NCBI RefSeq assembly: GCF_964355755.1
Contig: NC_092676.1
Location: forward strand, 30,088,871-30,152,870
Length of the DNA: 64,000 nucleotides
Reading direction: 5' to 3'
DNA from: Antedon mediterranea
Taxonomy: Eukaryota; Animalia; Echinodermata
Part shown: piece by piece, positions 34,601 through 49,600 of the stretch
Layout: each line of letters starts with the position of its first letter
Numbering within the stretch: the first letter of the stretch is position 1
The notes under the pieces: generated by a model
Database searches by the model: none
The model's input: only the letters and a program-made list of their open reading frames with translations
Told to the model about the DNA's origin: nothing
Translations under genes and position numbers: made by a program

Positions 34601-37600
34601 TTTATTTCATCATCACGATTTTAGTAACTTGGATGATGTCACAGATCTTAATCTCTATTCTATAGTATAATACTTTAATAGTTACCACAAAATGTATTTC
34701 ATTTATTATTTCATGCCTACAGTATCCTTACCATGAAAGCCTTCCACATATAATGTAATATATTCACAATTTAGTATTCAATTTATTTGAAAAGTTTTTT
34801 TAATTCCCAATATGATAACTCTACAATTTAACATTTACCATTTAGAACGTTAACTGTACTGAATTTATGTTCTTTTTCCAGTGCAATTGACTGCCATAAC
34901 AAGAATCTAAAACTGAGAGTACTCAAGTCATGGATGCTAGTTATTATACATAAGAAATCAAAGGCTGATCGTCTACATGAATACCATCTAAAAGCAAAAG
35001 GCTTGAAATCTCTGAGTTATTGTGTAAAACGTTCTCAATTAGATGAGGAACAAGCGGTTGATTTCTATTTGTCTGGAACCCTTAAGTCTTACTTTGCCAA
35101 GGTATGACACCTGTTACTGTATATTTTATTGTAATATATATATCCAATAGATATTTATATATATATATTGTCCTATAAAGGATCCTATATTTAATAAAAC
35201 ACACTTGTTAATGTATATTTATTTTTATATTTTACCCCCCAATGCATATCAATTTTATATTTTATCTTTTCTAAAAAATGCCAGTATTGTGCTTAGAGAG
35301 TTGTATTTAAATTGTTTTTTTTTTTTCTAGTGGCAAGAACGATACTATTCCAAGAGGCAACATCAACTGAAAGTTTTCTTTCAAAAATGGAAAAAAGCAA
35401 AACTGGATAAAGAACGTCTTCGTATTATCCAACATTTTAGTTTCAAGCAAACGCTTTCAAAATTCTTTGAAAGATGGAAAGAACAGTGCGAGACAAACAA
35501 CAAAGAAAGAATCGCTTCATTATATTACAAGTATGTTTTGTCTATTAGTATTTAGTACAATTATTGAAAATTTAATTTCTTTTGTAACAAGGAAAAAAGA
35601 GTTTGTCTAGAAAAGTTAACCACAGTCGTGCAGTTTCCTTAAACCAGGTCATTTTATATGCAAAGCTCTATAATATAAATAAAATTTTGCTATAATGTCA
35701 TTTTCATATTTATTATTTTAAATCAAATACTAAAATAACAATAATTTGAATCAATAAGAACTATCTTTTTTATTTCCTGTAGAGTGTTACTTCTTTCAAG
35801 ATATTTCACATTGTGGAGAACTGCTGTTGAAAACAATAGAAAAGCTTATCAAGATGTTAGAAAGGCTACAACCTTCCATAATTCAATGATCACAAGAAGG
35901 ATGATACAAGATTGGAAAATACAGACAGCAAAAGCAACTCTTTCTAAGATGCATTATCGGTTAGTTTCTCATAATATTTTTTCTTTTTAAATTTCATCTA
36001 TTATCTCTGTCTAAATTATCAAACTTGACAAAAAATTGTCATGTGCTTAAATATGGTAGTGAAATATCCAAATATGGTAGTGATATGACGTCATCGTGTC
36101 CATATATGGGCACATCACATGAAGTTTGATAGTGTAGACAGAGCTTTAGAGTTGAGAGTTTTTTGATACCCTGGTACTAATGATTTTCTTTCTTTTAAAC
36201 AGTAATCACCTTTTGTACAAAGTGTTTTCTGGTTTGAAAAGAGCAGTGCAAGTGTCTAGAGTAGAACGCCTTGAAGATAACAGTAAAGCCATGGAATTTA
36301 AAAGATTATGGCGGTGTCGACATTGCCTAGCGACATGGAAAAGGACACTCAGTCAGAAGAAGTTTCAGAAACAAAAAGAAAGAAAACAAATTAGGTACAG
36401 AAAAATAGACAGACTTGTCTATTTAACTACTCATGTCATCTACTACTTTTTTTTTTAATAAATAGTTTTGATAAGTTGTATTCATATTCATTATTTTATT
36501 GTTTGTTTTTAGTATTTTGTCTTTTAATTTATGTTTTTATAGATTATGAGGCTTTATATATTGTATTCATTTGTCTAATTGCATGTTACATTCAACCAAT
36601 CAAATTTCATTTTTAAATTGTTGTTTAAATGACAATAAATACTATTGTATCAGATTTAATTTTTTCTGTTATCAAATTCCTTTAGACGTGCTTTTCAAAT
36701 TTGGTGCTTAAAGTTACAACGAAACCACATCCAAACACGACTCGTCTCGGCTCTTGCTAACAAGAATCTTTTGAAGCGATACTTTACAGTTTGGTGTACA
36801 AAGGTCAAAGAAGCTGAACAACGACAAATTGGTGCTATTTATTTACTTAGAAATTTAAGGATGAAAATTGTCTTCCAAAAATGGCTGCAGATTACTAAAA
36901 GAAATATTCAACTCAGGTAGGTCATTAAAGCTTTATCAGAAATAGTAGATGCTGAATCCATTCCTTTACCTTTCCAGATTTAGAGGATTTGCTTTGTATA
37001 ACATGTTTTATTGTAATCAATCAATAAATTAATCAATCAATTGTCACAGGGAAAAACTTGAAGGATTTCAATCATCAAAGCAAACATGCTGCAAACACCG
37101 GATTCTCATTGGTTGGAAGTCTTTACACCTGGAACATCAGAAGTGGTCACTAAAGTGTGCAAGAAATGCATGGAACAATTGGGTGTCACTAGTCAAGCAG
37201 AGGAAAATGGAGCAGATATTCAACCAATCACAGAACAGAGTAGAGAATCGATTACTAACAGGTGAGATGTAAATATATTTTGGTACTTTAGGTTATTGTG
37301 GTCATTTATTTATTGTCTATTTATTTATTGTTTTAAATTAATATAAATAAATTCTGTTTTAGTATTCTTCAATTCTTGGCTTGCTGCCAAAAGACGAATA
37401 GACTTGAATGCAGAAAGAGCATTGTCATCTAAGAAGTGTCTGCAACGGAGCCTACTACATCAAATGCTTCTTGACTGGCAATTGAAGACTAGAAAGTCAA
37501 AGGTCATTGCTCCCATGCGGCTTCGTCAAGACAAGAAGCTGTTATGCAGGTAAAAATAGAAATGGTTTCCTTGAATACCATTTTTGTTTTTAATGAAATT

Positions 37601-40600
37601 AAGATCCATTTAGAGTTTGCAACAAATCAAAAGCAAACATGCTTCAACGAAGAAAATCAAATGTTTATAAATTAGATATATATTTATATGTATAATACAT
37701 TTTTTGATTGGTTGCAGAGTATTTACAGCCTGGTCAACATGGTCAGCTACAAGTTCTGACCGTAAGCAAAAGTTGATAGTATTTCAGCAACGCAAACTTA
37801 GCAAAATATTCATTAACTGGAGGTAATCATTTTATAATAATTTTCTGTACTTTTAGTGGCTTGCCATGTACTGAATTTTAAAGGATATAAAAAAAGATTT
37901 GTTTTCAACTATGGTGTACTGCAAACTTTACTAGTGGTTACCTTTAAATTTAATCTTCATTTGCTTCATAATTGCTTTTATTAATACCTTTAATTTTTCC
38001 ATTCTTTAGATCACAAGTTAATTTATTAGTTAAAGAAACAGAGGCAAAGGAGAAATTGTTGAAGTTGAGGATCCGTCAAGTTATCTGCAGTTGGCGTGCT
38101 GTTGTCAGTCGTCGCAAAAAACAAGTTGAGTTCGTTGACTCGACCCAGAAGAGAAAGATGAATCAATTGTATTTCACTTGGAAAGATACATGTGAACGTT
38201 TGGAAATGAAAAGACAGACTAATAGAGGCAATGATGTATGTTCTTTATATAAAACTGTTACTATGGTAGAATCCATTCTTTGGGACACCCTTATTAGGTG
38301 CACAAACAGTATGTTTTAACACTATGGCCAAATGTCAGAGGATACTTAGTTGGTCTTGAATGGTGTCCCCCTGTTTTACAATATGCTCTCAGTCTTGTTT
38401 ATTTATGCTTTGCTCACCTCTTCCAATTTTTTTTATTAAGGCCCGGAAGTATATTATGAAGATGATGACCTTACGCAATTGGAAAAGAGCAATCCAACAA
38501 CAGCTACATCAGGAAACTGAAAGTTGTCAAAGAATACAACAATTGCAGGAGTGCAACAGACGAAATGCTGCCCTCTCTGTCTGGAGAAGGCAACTTAAAT
38601 GTCAAAAGCTGGCAAGGTAAAAGGGATATTGATATTGTATATTATTAATTTAAAACATTAAACTCTATCTACACTATCAAACTAGTTTGACCAAAAAAGT
38701 GTGATATGCCCAAATATGGTAGTGATATGGCTATATATGGTAGTGATATGACATCATCATGTCCATATATGGGCATATCACATTTTGTTGTCACATAAAG
38801 TTTGAAAGTGTAGACAGAGCTTTATATTTAGTGTATCATTATCTTCCAACAGAGCAAAGTGTGATGAGTTTCAGATACGTCACTTACATGGCGTGTTTAT
38901 CACATGGCACCAACTTACTCAAAATGTACTTCAGGATTCCTTCTCACGGTTCTCTATGGCGGTGCTGTCTCAATGCCTGATAGAAGATAGTGTTGATGGA
39001 ACTGAACGTAGCAGCAGTGATCTTGCATACCAGAGTAGCCCTGATGGTTATTGGAGTAGGTTACCTTTGGATGAGTCTAAAAGCTATTTTGAAGATCAAT
39101 TGAGCCAAGTTGATGTGATTGATGGGCCAAACCACAGATATCAGATGACAAGACTGCAGTCACTTCAGGAGAGTGTAAATAGCCCAGCTCTTAGGATGAG
39201 GTCCCAGAGTTGGTCTTCAGGCCAGCAAACTTGGATGTCAGAAGTAACTTCAGATCTGAGGTGTCATAATGATGACCAGGTGATAGCAGATTTCAGATCC
39301 AAGACAAACCGTATGTTTCCAGAACAAGCATCTGGACTGTTTGTTTGCAATGAGAGAGGAGATGGGAACCATTTGCGTGACACCTGGTGGTGCTTAGATG
39401 ACAGCAGAGGGCGCTCTTCCAGCTTAATTCCTTCAAGTGGAACAATTAGCAGTAGAGAAAACTCCGTTCCTGGTCTTCCCAGTGAATCCTACACTGTAGT
39501 AAGTCAACATTGAATTCATATTTTTTTCTTAGATAGATTTTGACTTCTTACGATACAAATATTAATTTTTTTTAATTCACATTTCAAATTTACAATATTG
39601 AAATAGCAATTAATAAATAAATTACAAGTACATTACAACATATAAAAATTACATTAAAATATTGATAAAATGTTATTTAAAAATTATAAAACAATCAATG
39701 TTTTGTGTTATCTCACTAATTATTAATAATTACAAATTATCTTTTGATTTATTTCTTAGATTAGGTTACAGAAGATTATACGACATTGGAAGCACTGGCC
39801 AATGAGCATAGCGTTTAAACAATGGTGGACATATACCAAAGACATGAAGATGCTTAGAGAGTCACAGCAGCAATTGCAACTACGACAAAAACAACTACAT
39901 CAGAGGGCTGTGTTTCCATATTGGCTTCAACAAACGCACCTTATGAGACAAGCAAGGGAGCACTATGTAAGATACTATAATACACCTTGTATTGATTTAT
40001 TCATGGAGCAGTAAACATGAAAATGTTTTCGCCATAAACTCACAAACATTAATTATTTGTATTGTATGTACTTTTCCATTTACAGAATGTTGTGTTGATG
40101 TCAAATTGTCTTCATAAATTACTCAATTATAAGCAGCAAAGACAAAAGAAGCATGAAGACACCGTAACCGCAAATAACTTCTCACAACGGACACAACTGG
40201 GGAACTCCTTTGACACATGGAGAATTAAGGTATGCCAGTTGTGGTAACTGAGTGGTTATAACACTTATATCATACAGAAAGACACAGGTTCAAATCCTGC
40301 TGAGACTCCCAGTCCACTTAACTGTAAATGAGTATCTCGTTAATACTAGGGGATAACACTTTGTGAAAAGGAATAGGCCACCCTAACACATATACATTTT
40401 AACAGCTCATACCGTTACATAAATAACAACACCTTTGTTTATTTAAGTTCTATATACTTGTTCTTATGTAAAAGGGTCCTACAAAAAAACGAAGCTACAG
40501 CTTTTTTATGCAGGATCCCTGTTCTCAGTTGTACTGTAATTATGATGTACTGTAATTGATGACTAAATAAATGTGGAATAAATGAAATGAAATTCAGAAG

Positions 40601-43600
40601 TTATACAGGACTTTATTTGTATTGAACTGTATAACAAGTATTTATGTATACTGTATATAAAAGGAATAGGCCACCCTAACACATATACATTTTAAGAGCC
40701 ATTGTCTGTAAAAATCAAAGATTTGGTGGCAGATGTAAAAAAATGGATTTCTCTCAAATTTTTACCATGAATAGACATTTCAATAAAAAGCATATCTACA
40801 ACATTCATTTTAATTTTTAGCCTCCGTTGCCATGACAACGGTCAATTATCCAAATTTTGATGTTTTTGCCATTTTTCACAGATTTTCTATAGTGAAAAAG
40901 TACAAACTTGTATACTTATTTTAACCAAAAATACTTACAGTATACAGTTTTTGTTTATAGCAGTGTAAACAACATGTATTGAGTTCCATTTAATGTAGAA
41001 AAAAAAAAAATTACAAAATGGAGTTTGGTTGATACCATTATTTTAAAAAGGGGTGTTTTTAAAAAATATTTTTTTTTATAAAAGTATACCTCATAAACGT
41101 ACCTATAACTTCCAAAGTGGTGTTTTTAAATCAATGAGGTTTTTTAATTTGATAGTCAATAGGTTTGTCAACAATAATCACGAAAAAAACACTGGGGTAA
41201 ATTTTGTACATAGGTTTTGTGTTGCCAGGAAAATACAAAAAATACAAAAAATATAACTAAATATCAACAAACAAAACACATGAAACACAATTTAAATATG
41301 GCTAATCCAATAATAAAATGTATATGTGGCTTGTCATAATGCTACTAGAGTCATACGAATAGTTTAGATAAAATAGGAGAATGTGTTGCCAGGTTTATTT
41401 CAATTAATTGCCAGAAAAACAGTTTGCATTGAAATATTTAGTTGATGGAAAATAATGTTAAACTTGGAAATAATTGTGTCAATGGTTTTTATAAATTTTT
41501 AAATCTATTTTGTGTAAAGAGATACAGAAAGACCTCCCAAAAAATCTGACCTTGTAAATAGGTCATTTGAGGTCAAAAGGGGTCAGAATGCAAAACAGGA
41601 CAGGTCCCCAGTTTACTACAACTATTAATGTTTGATCAAAATTTACAAGATAGTTCATAACAATTATCAACAATTTTCATATTTTACCTATAGTGTTACC
41701 TTAGCAACCATTTCTATGTGTAACTAAGGAAAGTAATTTAAAAAAAACGTAAAAAATGGCGTTTTTATAAATACAAAGAATTGATTGTATTTGTAATTTT
41801 TCTCAATTTTACTTCTACTACATTCCATTAATGACAAACTTGACCTTGTAAATTCATTAATTTTGAGGTCAACATTTTACCATAGTAACAGTTTCTATGC
41901 AAAAATTTCAAAAAAATAAGGGGTTTTTCATAAATACAAGACATTTTTTTTACATAGTTTTACATTTCTAGTTTTTGCCAAATTTACTTTAAATACTGAA
42001 TCCTAATAATCTCAGAAAGAAAGTCTTGACGAATCTGAATAAAGGTAAAAAAAATGACCTTTAGTGTTATCTTAAACCTGTTTACGTAACAAATGATATT
42101 AAAAAAAAAAATTAAATATGGAGTTTCATGAAAAAAAATATTTTTACATATTGAGGTCAAATGACATCAACCTATAGTGTATTGTAGCAACTGTTTCTAT
42201 ACGTAACTAAGTACAATATTTTTAATATGGGGTTTCATGACTACAAACAATTGATTACATAGCTTTACTACCTTTTCCCAAATTTACTTATCTACTGAAT
42301 CCCAGAAAATGTCTGACCTTGGGAAAGGGTAATTTGTTGGGTCAAGTTATGTCAAAATGTATTATTTATGTTATCTTAGAACCTGTTTCTATGCGTAACT
42401 AAGGATAATTGTTTTTTACATACAGTTGAACCTCCCGTAAGTGGCCACCCTCGGGACCTGGAAAAGTGGCCGCTTACGGGCGGTGACCCCTTACGGGAGG
42501 TTCTGCCGATAAAAGGCCAAAATCACTTATTATGGCTATATACGATATTCTTAACGAAACGAGCCTCTCAATTTCCAGCTAATTGTAGGCCTATTATTAT
42601 TTATAATCAGGTGGTTTAGTATTTTTTAGCATTTTCAGACAAATTTTAAAAACTTTTATCATATGAAAAATGGTCGGTCAAAATCTGTGTAATTTTCTCA
42701 TCTCTTCACAGTAATGTTTTTAAAACCTCTTCAAAATAAAGCTAATATATAAAGAAATACAATAAACATGCACCTCTAATTCATAGGTCCATGCAATAAG
42801 TATCACATTTTTCGATTGGCCGCTTACAAAAAATCTCATTTTTAGTATAAAAAGGTGCCCGCAGCTGCTTACGGTAAGCACCAAATGCACTAATTAGATA
42901 GGAAGAACAAACAGGCTTTTCAAAGTGCGTCCGTCAAGGGAGGTGGTTGCTGTAAATAAAATATGGGGTTTTCATGAATAAAAATAATCACAGAAGAAAG
43001 TGCTTACGAATATGACCTTGTGAAACGGTAATTTGAAAATGCAAATAAGGCATGCCTGCTAATAATCTACAAATTTAAATTTGTATGAGATAAATATGCA
43101 AAATCTAAAGAATATCTCATTTTTAGTTACCATAGTAACTGTTGCTATGCATAACTAAGGGAAATTATCAGATAATTATTGATTAATAATTAATACTGAA
43201 TCCAACCATCACAGTAAAAAAATATAGAATTTAAAACCAATATTTAATAATAAAGTGTGATATTTTACATGCTGACCTTAAATGAAATGAAATTTCAAAT
43301 CAGGGCTTCAATATTTGTTATGTAGCATTAACATACCTGAGTATATCATTGACTTTTGATTGGTTCTATTTTGGTAACCGCAAATAACTTCTCACAACGG
43401 ACACAACTGGGGAACTCCTTTGACACATGGAGAATTAAGGTATGCCAGTTGTGGTAACTGAGTGGTTATAACACTTATATCATACAGAAAGACACAGGTT
43501 CAAATCCTGCTGAGACTCCCAGTCCACTTAACTGTAAATGAGTATCTCGTTAATACTAGGGGATAACACTTTGTGAAAAGGAATAGGCCACCCTAACACA

Positions 43601-46600
43601 TATACATTTTAACAGCTCATACCGTTACATAAATAACAACACCTTTGTTTATTTAAGTTCTATATACTTGTTCTTATGTAAAAGGGTCCTACAAAAAAAC
43701 GAAGCTACAGCTTTTTTATGCAGGATCCCTGTTCTCAGTTGTACTGTAATTATGATGTACTGTAATTGATGACTAAATAAATGTGGAATAAATGAAATGA
43801 AATTCAGAAGTTATACAGGACTTTATTTGTATTGAACTGTATAACAAGTATTTATGTATACTGTATATAAAAGGAATAGGCCACCCTAACACATATACAT
43901 TTTAAGAGCCATTGTCTGTAAAAATCAAAGATTTGGTGGCAGATGTAAAAAAATGGATTTCTCTCAAATTTTTACCATGAATAGACATTTCAATAAAAAG
44001 CATATCTACAACATTCATTTTAATTGTTAGCCTCCGTTGCCATGACAACGGTCAATTATCCAAATTTTGATGTTTTTGCCATTTTTCACAGATTTTCTAT
44101 AGTGAAAAAGTACAAACTTGTATACTTATTTTAACCAAAAATACTTACAGTATACAGTTTTTGTTTATAGCAGTGTAAACAACATGTATTGAGTTCCATT
44201 TAATGTAGAAAAAAAAAAAATTACAAAATGGAGTTTGGTTGATACCATTATTTTAAAAAGGGGTGTTTTTAAAAAATATTTTTTCTTATAAAAGTATACC
44301 TCATAAACGTACCTATAACTTCCAAAGTGGTGTTTTTAAATCAATGAGGTTTTTTAATTTGATAGTCAATAGGTTTGTCAACAATAATCACGAAAAAAAC
44401 ACTGGGGTAAATTTTGTACATAGGTTTTGTGTTGCCAGGAAAATACAAAAAATACAAAAAATATAACTAAATATCAACAAACAAAACACATGAAACACAA
44501 TTTAAATATGGCTAATCCAATAATAAAATGTATATGTGGCTTGTCATAATGCTACTAGAGTCATACGAATAGTTTAGATAAAATAGGAGAATGTGTTGCC
44601 AGGTTTATTTCAATTAATTGCCAGAAAAACAGTTTGCATTGAAATATTTAGTTGATGGAAAATAATGTTAAACTTGGAAATAATTGTGTCAATGGTTTTT
44701 ATAAATTTTTAAATCTATTTTGTGTAAAGAGATACAGAAAGACCTCCCAAAAAATCTGACCTTGTAAATAGGTCATTTGAGGTCAAAAGGGGTCAGAATG
44801 CAAAACAGGACAGGTCCCCAGTTTACTACAACTATTAATGTTTGATCAAAATTTACAAGATAGTTCATAACAATTATCAACAATTTTCATATTTTACCTA
44901 TAGTGTTACCTTAGCAACCATTTCTATGTGTAACTAAGGAAAGTAATTTAAAAAAAACGTAAAAAATGGCGTTTTTATAAATACAAAGAATTGATTGTAT
45001 TTGTAATTTTTCTCAATTTTACTTCTACTACATTCCATTAATGACAAACTTGACCTTGTAAATTCATTAATTTTGAGGTCAACATTTTACCATAGTAACA
45101 GTTTCTATGCAAAAATTTCAAAAAAATAAGGGGTTTTTCATAAATACAAGACATTTTTTTTACATAGTTTTACATTTCTACTTTTTGCCAAATTTACTTT
45201 AAATACTGAATCCTAATAATCTCAGAAAGAAAGTCTTGACGAATCTGAATAAAGGTAAAAAAAATGACCTTTAGTGTTATCTTAAACCTGTTTACGTAAC
45301 AAATGATATTAAAAAAAAAAATTAAATATGGAGTTTCATGAAAAAAAATATTTTTACATATTGAGGTCAAATGACATCAACCTATAGTGTATTGTAGCAA
45401 CTGTTTCTATACGTAACTAAGTACAATATTTTTAATATGGGGTTTCATGACTACAAACAATTGATTACATAGCTTTACTACCTTTTCCCAAATTTACTTA
45501 TCTACTGAATCCCAGAAAATGTCTGACCTTGGGAAAGGGTAATTTGTTGGGTCAAGTTATGTCAAAATGTATTATTTATGTTATCTTAGAACCTGTTTCT
45601 ATGCGTAACTAAGGATAATTGTTTTTTACATACAGTTGAACCTCCCGTAAGTGGCCACCCTCGGGACCTGGAAAAGTGGCCGCTTACGGGCGGTGACCCC
45701 TTACGGGAGGTTCTGCCGATAAAAGGCCAAAATCACTTATTATGGCTATATACGATATTCTTAACGAAACGAGCCTCTCAATTTCCAGCTAATTGTAGGC
45801 CTATTATTATTTATAATCAGGTGGTTTAGTATTTTTTAGCATTTTCAGACAAATTTTAAAAACTTTTATCATATGAAAAATGGTCGGTCAAAATCTGTGT
45901 AATTTTCTCATCTCTTCACAGTAATGTTTTTAAAACCTCTTCAAAATAAAGCTAATATATAAAGAAATACAATAAACATGCACCTCTAATTCATAGGTCC
46001 ATGCAATAAGTATCACATTTTTCGATTGGCCGCTTACAAAAAATCTCATTTTTAGTATAAAAAGGTGCCCGCAGCTGCTTACGGTAAGCACCAAATGCAC
46101 TAATTAGATAGGAAGAACAAACAGGCTTTTCAAAGTGCGTCCGTCAAGGGAGGTGGTTGCTGTAAATAAAATATGGGGTTTTCATGAATAAAAATAATCA
46201 CAGAAGAAAGTGCTTACGAATATGACCTTGTGAAACGGTAATTTGAAAATGCAAATAAGGCATGCCTGCTAATAATCTACAAATTTAAATTTGTATGAGA
46301 TAAATATGCAAAATCTAAAGAATATCTCATTTTTAGTTACCATAGTAACTGTTGCTATGCATAACTAAGGGAAATTATCAGATAATTATTGATTAATAAT
46401 TAATACTGAATCCAACCATCACAGTAAAAAAATATAGAATTTAAAACCAATATTTAATAATAAAGTGTGATATTTTACATGCTGACCTTAAATGAAATGA
46501 AATTTCAAATCAGGGCTTCAATATTTGTTATGTAGCATTAACATACCTGAGTATATCATTGACTTTTGATTGGTTCTATTTTGGGGAGGGGAAAGTGGTG

Positions 46601-49600
46601 GATCCAGAGGATCGACTTTTAAATAGTTAGGGGATTGAAGGCGAGGGTCTAAAAACTTAACTTTATGTCATATCTTTTGCATTGCAATTTTTAACTTGGG
46701 GTGGGTGGGGGCTTGGAGAAAGGGGAGGGGGTGGGATGGAGGAGTTTGAATCCGTCTATTCATTGGGGCGATAGTAGCGGCAGTGTGGGTGGTGCTTGAA
46801 TGCATGCATTCGACACTCTATAGTGGATGATCGACCAAAGTAAAGTGTTGCAGTTTATTTTTTTTTGTGGTTATAGTCGTGGTGGGGGGGGGGGGGAGTG
46901 GTAGTCGAAAGTGGTGGTGGATGGGCATGTGGGATCTGCATAGGTTAGCAAATAAAAGAAGTAAACAAATGAAAGAGGAGCTTCAAAATAATAGAGGAGT
47001 AATCTGTTGCAAAGATTAAAATTCACAACGATCTTATAATTTATTCAAATTTCCAGAGGATATTATAACCTATAAAACGACATTAAAACTGGGAATTACA
47101 GAATCTATAATTAAAAATTAATTTTTTTCTCACAACACAACTAGAACTATATAAAACATTAAGAATTTTTCTGACCAATGAGTTTCAAATCAAATAATCA
47201 AAGAAAATAAAATGTTTTTACTAATATACCATGTTTTTTTTTTTATAAAAATGCCTATGTTTCTCGCAACACTGCTTGTAGATTTTAAATTTACCCAGTA
47301 TTTTATTTTAGAAATCAATTATTAAACATTAGAACTACCTATTTGTAATAAATCAGCTAAAAAAATACACCACTTTGGGTGTTATGGTGAAGTAAAGTTT
47401 AGTTGCATTGAACAATTTAAAAAAAGTGAAAAACACCCCTTTTTAAATAAATGGTATCTCCCAAAGTATGAAATTAAAAAAAATTAAAAAATTTGAAACA
47501 GGTACACAATGCATTGTTATTATGCATACACTAATTATTTCTTATAATTAAATGAACAACACAAAAATATCGTTCATCAAAGTAGTACCAATATCCATTT
47601 TAAAAAACCTTAAAAAAGGAAAAAATTTGTCAAAAACACAAATTTGGCCGTTGCCATGGAAATATACGTGTGAAATAAAAAATACTTCATATTTGATTTC
47701 TCTCAACACATATATAGCCATGTACAAAATTTGAAAGAAATCCATTTTTTTGAGTCTGCCACTCTTTTTGATATTTCTTTGATTCTTACAGACAATGGCT
47801 CTTAACAGCTCATACTGTTACATTCAGAAGTTATACAGGACTTTATTTGTATTGAACTGTATAACAAGTATTTATGTATACTGTATATAAAAGGAATAGG
47901 CCACCCTAACACATATAAGTTTTAACAGCTCATACTGTTACATTCAGAAGTAATACAGGACTTTATTTGTATTGAACTGTATAACAAGTATTTATGTATA
48001 CTGTATATAAAAGGAATAGGCCACCCTAACACATATACATTTTAACAGCTCATACTGTTACATTCAGAAGTAATACAGGACTTTATTTGTATTGAACTGT
48101 ATAACAAGTATTTATGTATACTGTATATAAAAGGAATAGGCCACCCTAACACATATACATTTTAACAGCTCATACTGTTACATTCAGAAGTAATACAGGA
48201 CTGTATTTGTATTGAACTGTATAACAAGTATTTATGTATACTGTATATAAAAGGAATAGGCCACCCTAACACATATACATTTTAACAGCTCATACTGTTA
48301 CATTCAGAAGTTATACAGGACTTTATTTGTATTGAACTGTATAACAAGTATTTATGTATACTGTATATAAAAGGAATAGGCCACCCTAACACATATACAT
48401 TTTAACAGCTCATACTGTTACATTCAGAAGTAATACAGGACTTTATTTGTATTGAACTGTATAACAAGTATTTATGTATACTGTATATAAAAGGAATAGG
48501 CCACCCTAACACATATAAGTTTTAACAGCTCATACTGTTACATTCAGAAGTAATACAGGACTTTATTTGTATTGAACTGTATAACAAGTATTTATGTATA
48601 CTGTATATAACAATGCAAACCTTAACATTAAAGTTCAAATTTATTTAAATTAATATTTTACCATTTTATCCAACTTTCATGTACACTGCATTATGATTTT
48701 ATTTATTTTCTCAAGTCACTTGAAAACCAGAAAATCATTGGTGTTATGGATACGTGGAAGGAATACATGGGTTGGAGCGAAGATGCTGAACGCAAAGTGC
48801 AAGTAATGAGGGAAGAACTTAAGTTGGTAACAATCAAAGAATGCTGGTATATCTGGAAAATAAAGCACAAACAACTACAAATGGTTGATGAATATAGGAA
48901 TAATGTTCTGAAAAGGAGGTATGTTACTAGTTTGTTTAAAAATCTGACTTTCAAGTTCACATTTATTTACTCATGGTTTATAAATATGATTTTATAGCAT
49001 AAATGATGACAAGAATCCGGCATAGAGAAGTTTACACTTCTGTTTTCGCAGGACCCTTTTACATAAAAAACATAAAACAATAAACACAACATAATAGATA
49101 TAAAATAAAAAAAAGCATTTCCTATTTACATAGCTAGTGTTTATTATTAGAATATATGGGCTATTTACGCTAATACACAATATGGGCTATTTACACTTAC
49201 ACAATATAAGCTATTTAAGCTTACACAATATAACCTATTTACACTCACCCGTCAAATATTGTTATGTGGAAAAGTTTTAGTTTATATTTTACTTTTGTTA
49301 TACCCTAGATGTTTGTTAGAATGGTTTAATCAATCATCATTCCAAGCAATATCAAACAAGAACATGCAACAATTCAGGACAAAATATTTGCTTAAAAAGG
49401 TAAGGGAATTCCATATCTGTTCAAAAAGCCCATATCTGTTAATTTTTCAAAAAAAAAACATTTTATTTCCATTTAATCCATTTTCAGGCATTTGGCAAGT
49501 GGAAATTTCAATTACGAATACATTACATGATGGTAGACAACATACAGTTAAGACAGACTGTACTACTTGGTCAGATAGTAAATAGCTGGCATGAATACAC

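Larger units (their letters stand above)
40164..46583 (+). repeat. 3210-bp tandem duplication (40164-43373 and 43374-46583), nearly identical
   Basis: Both copies start gtaaccgcaaataacttctc (mid-exon) and end ggttctattttg. Only about 3 substitutions were seen by eye. Confidence 0.95.

Noticed and set aside
43374-43440. Extra functional Sfi1-like exon in the second duplicate copy
   Set aside because: Only the 3' 66 nt and the donor were copied. I see no convincing upstream acceptor.
41053-44466. Duplicated 67-aa ORFs (41053 and 44263) as a transposase or small gene
   Set aside because: AT-rich chance ORFs inside the duplicated non-autonomous transposon, with no transposase motifs.
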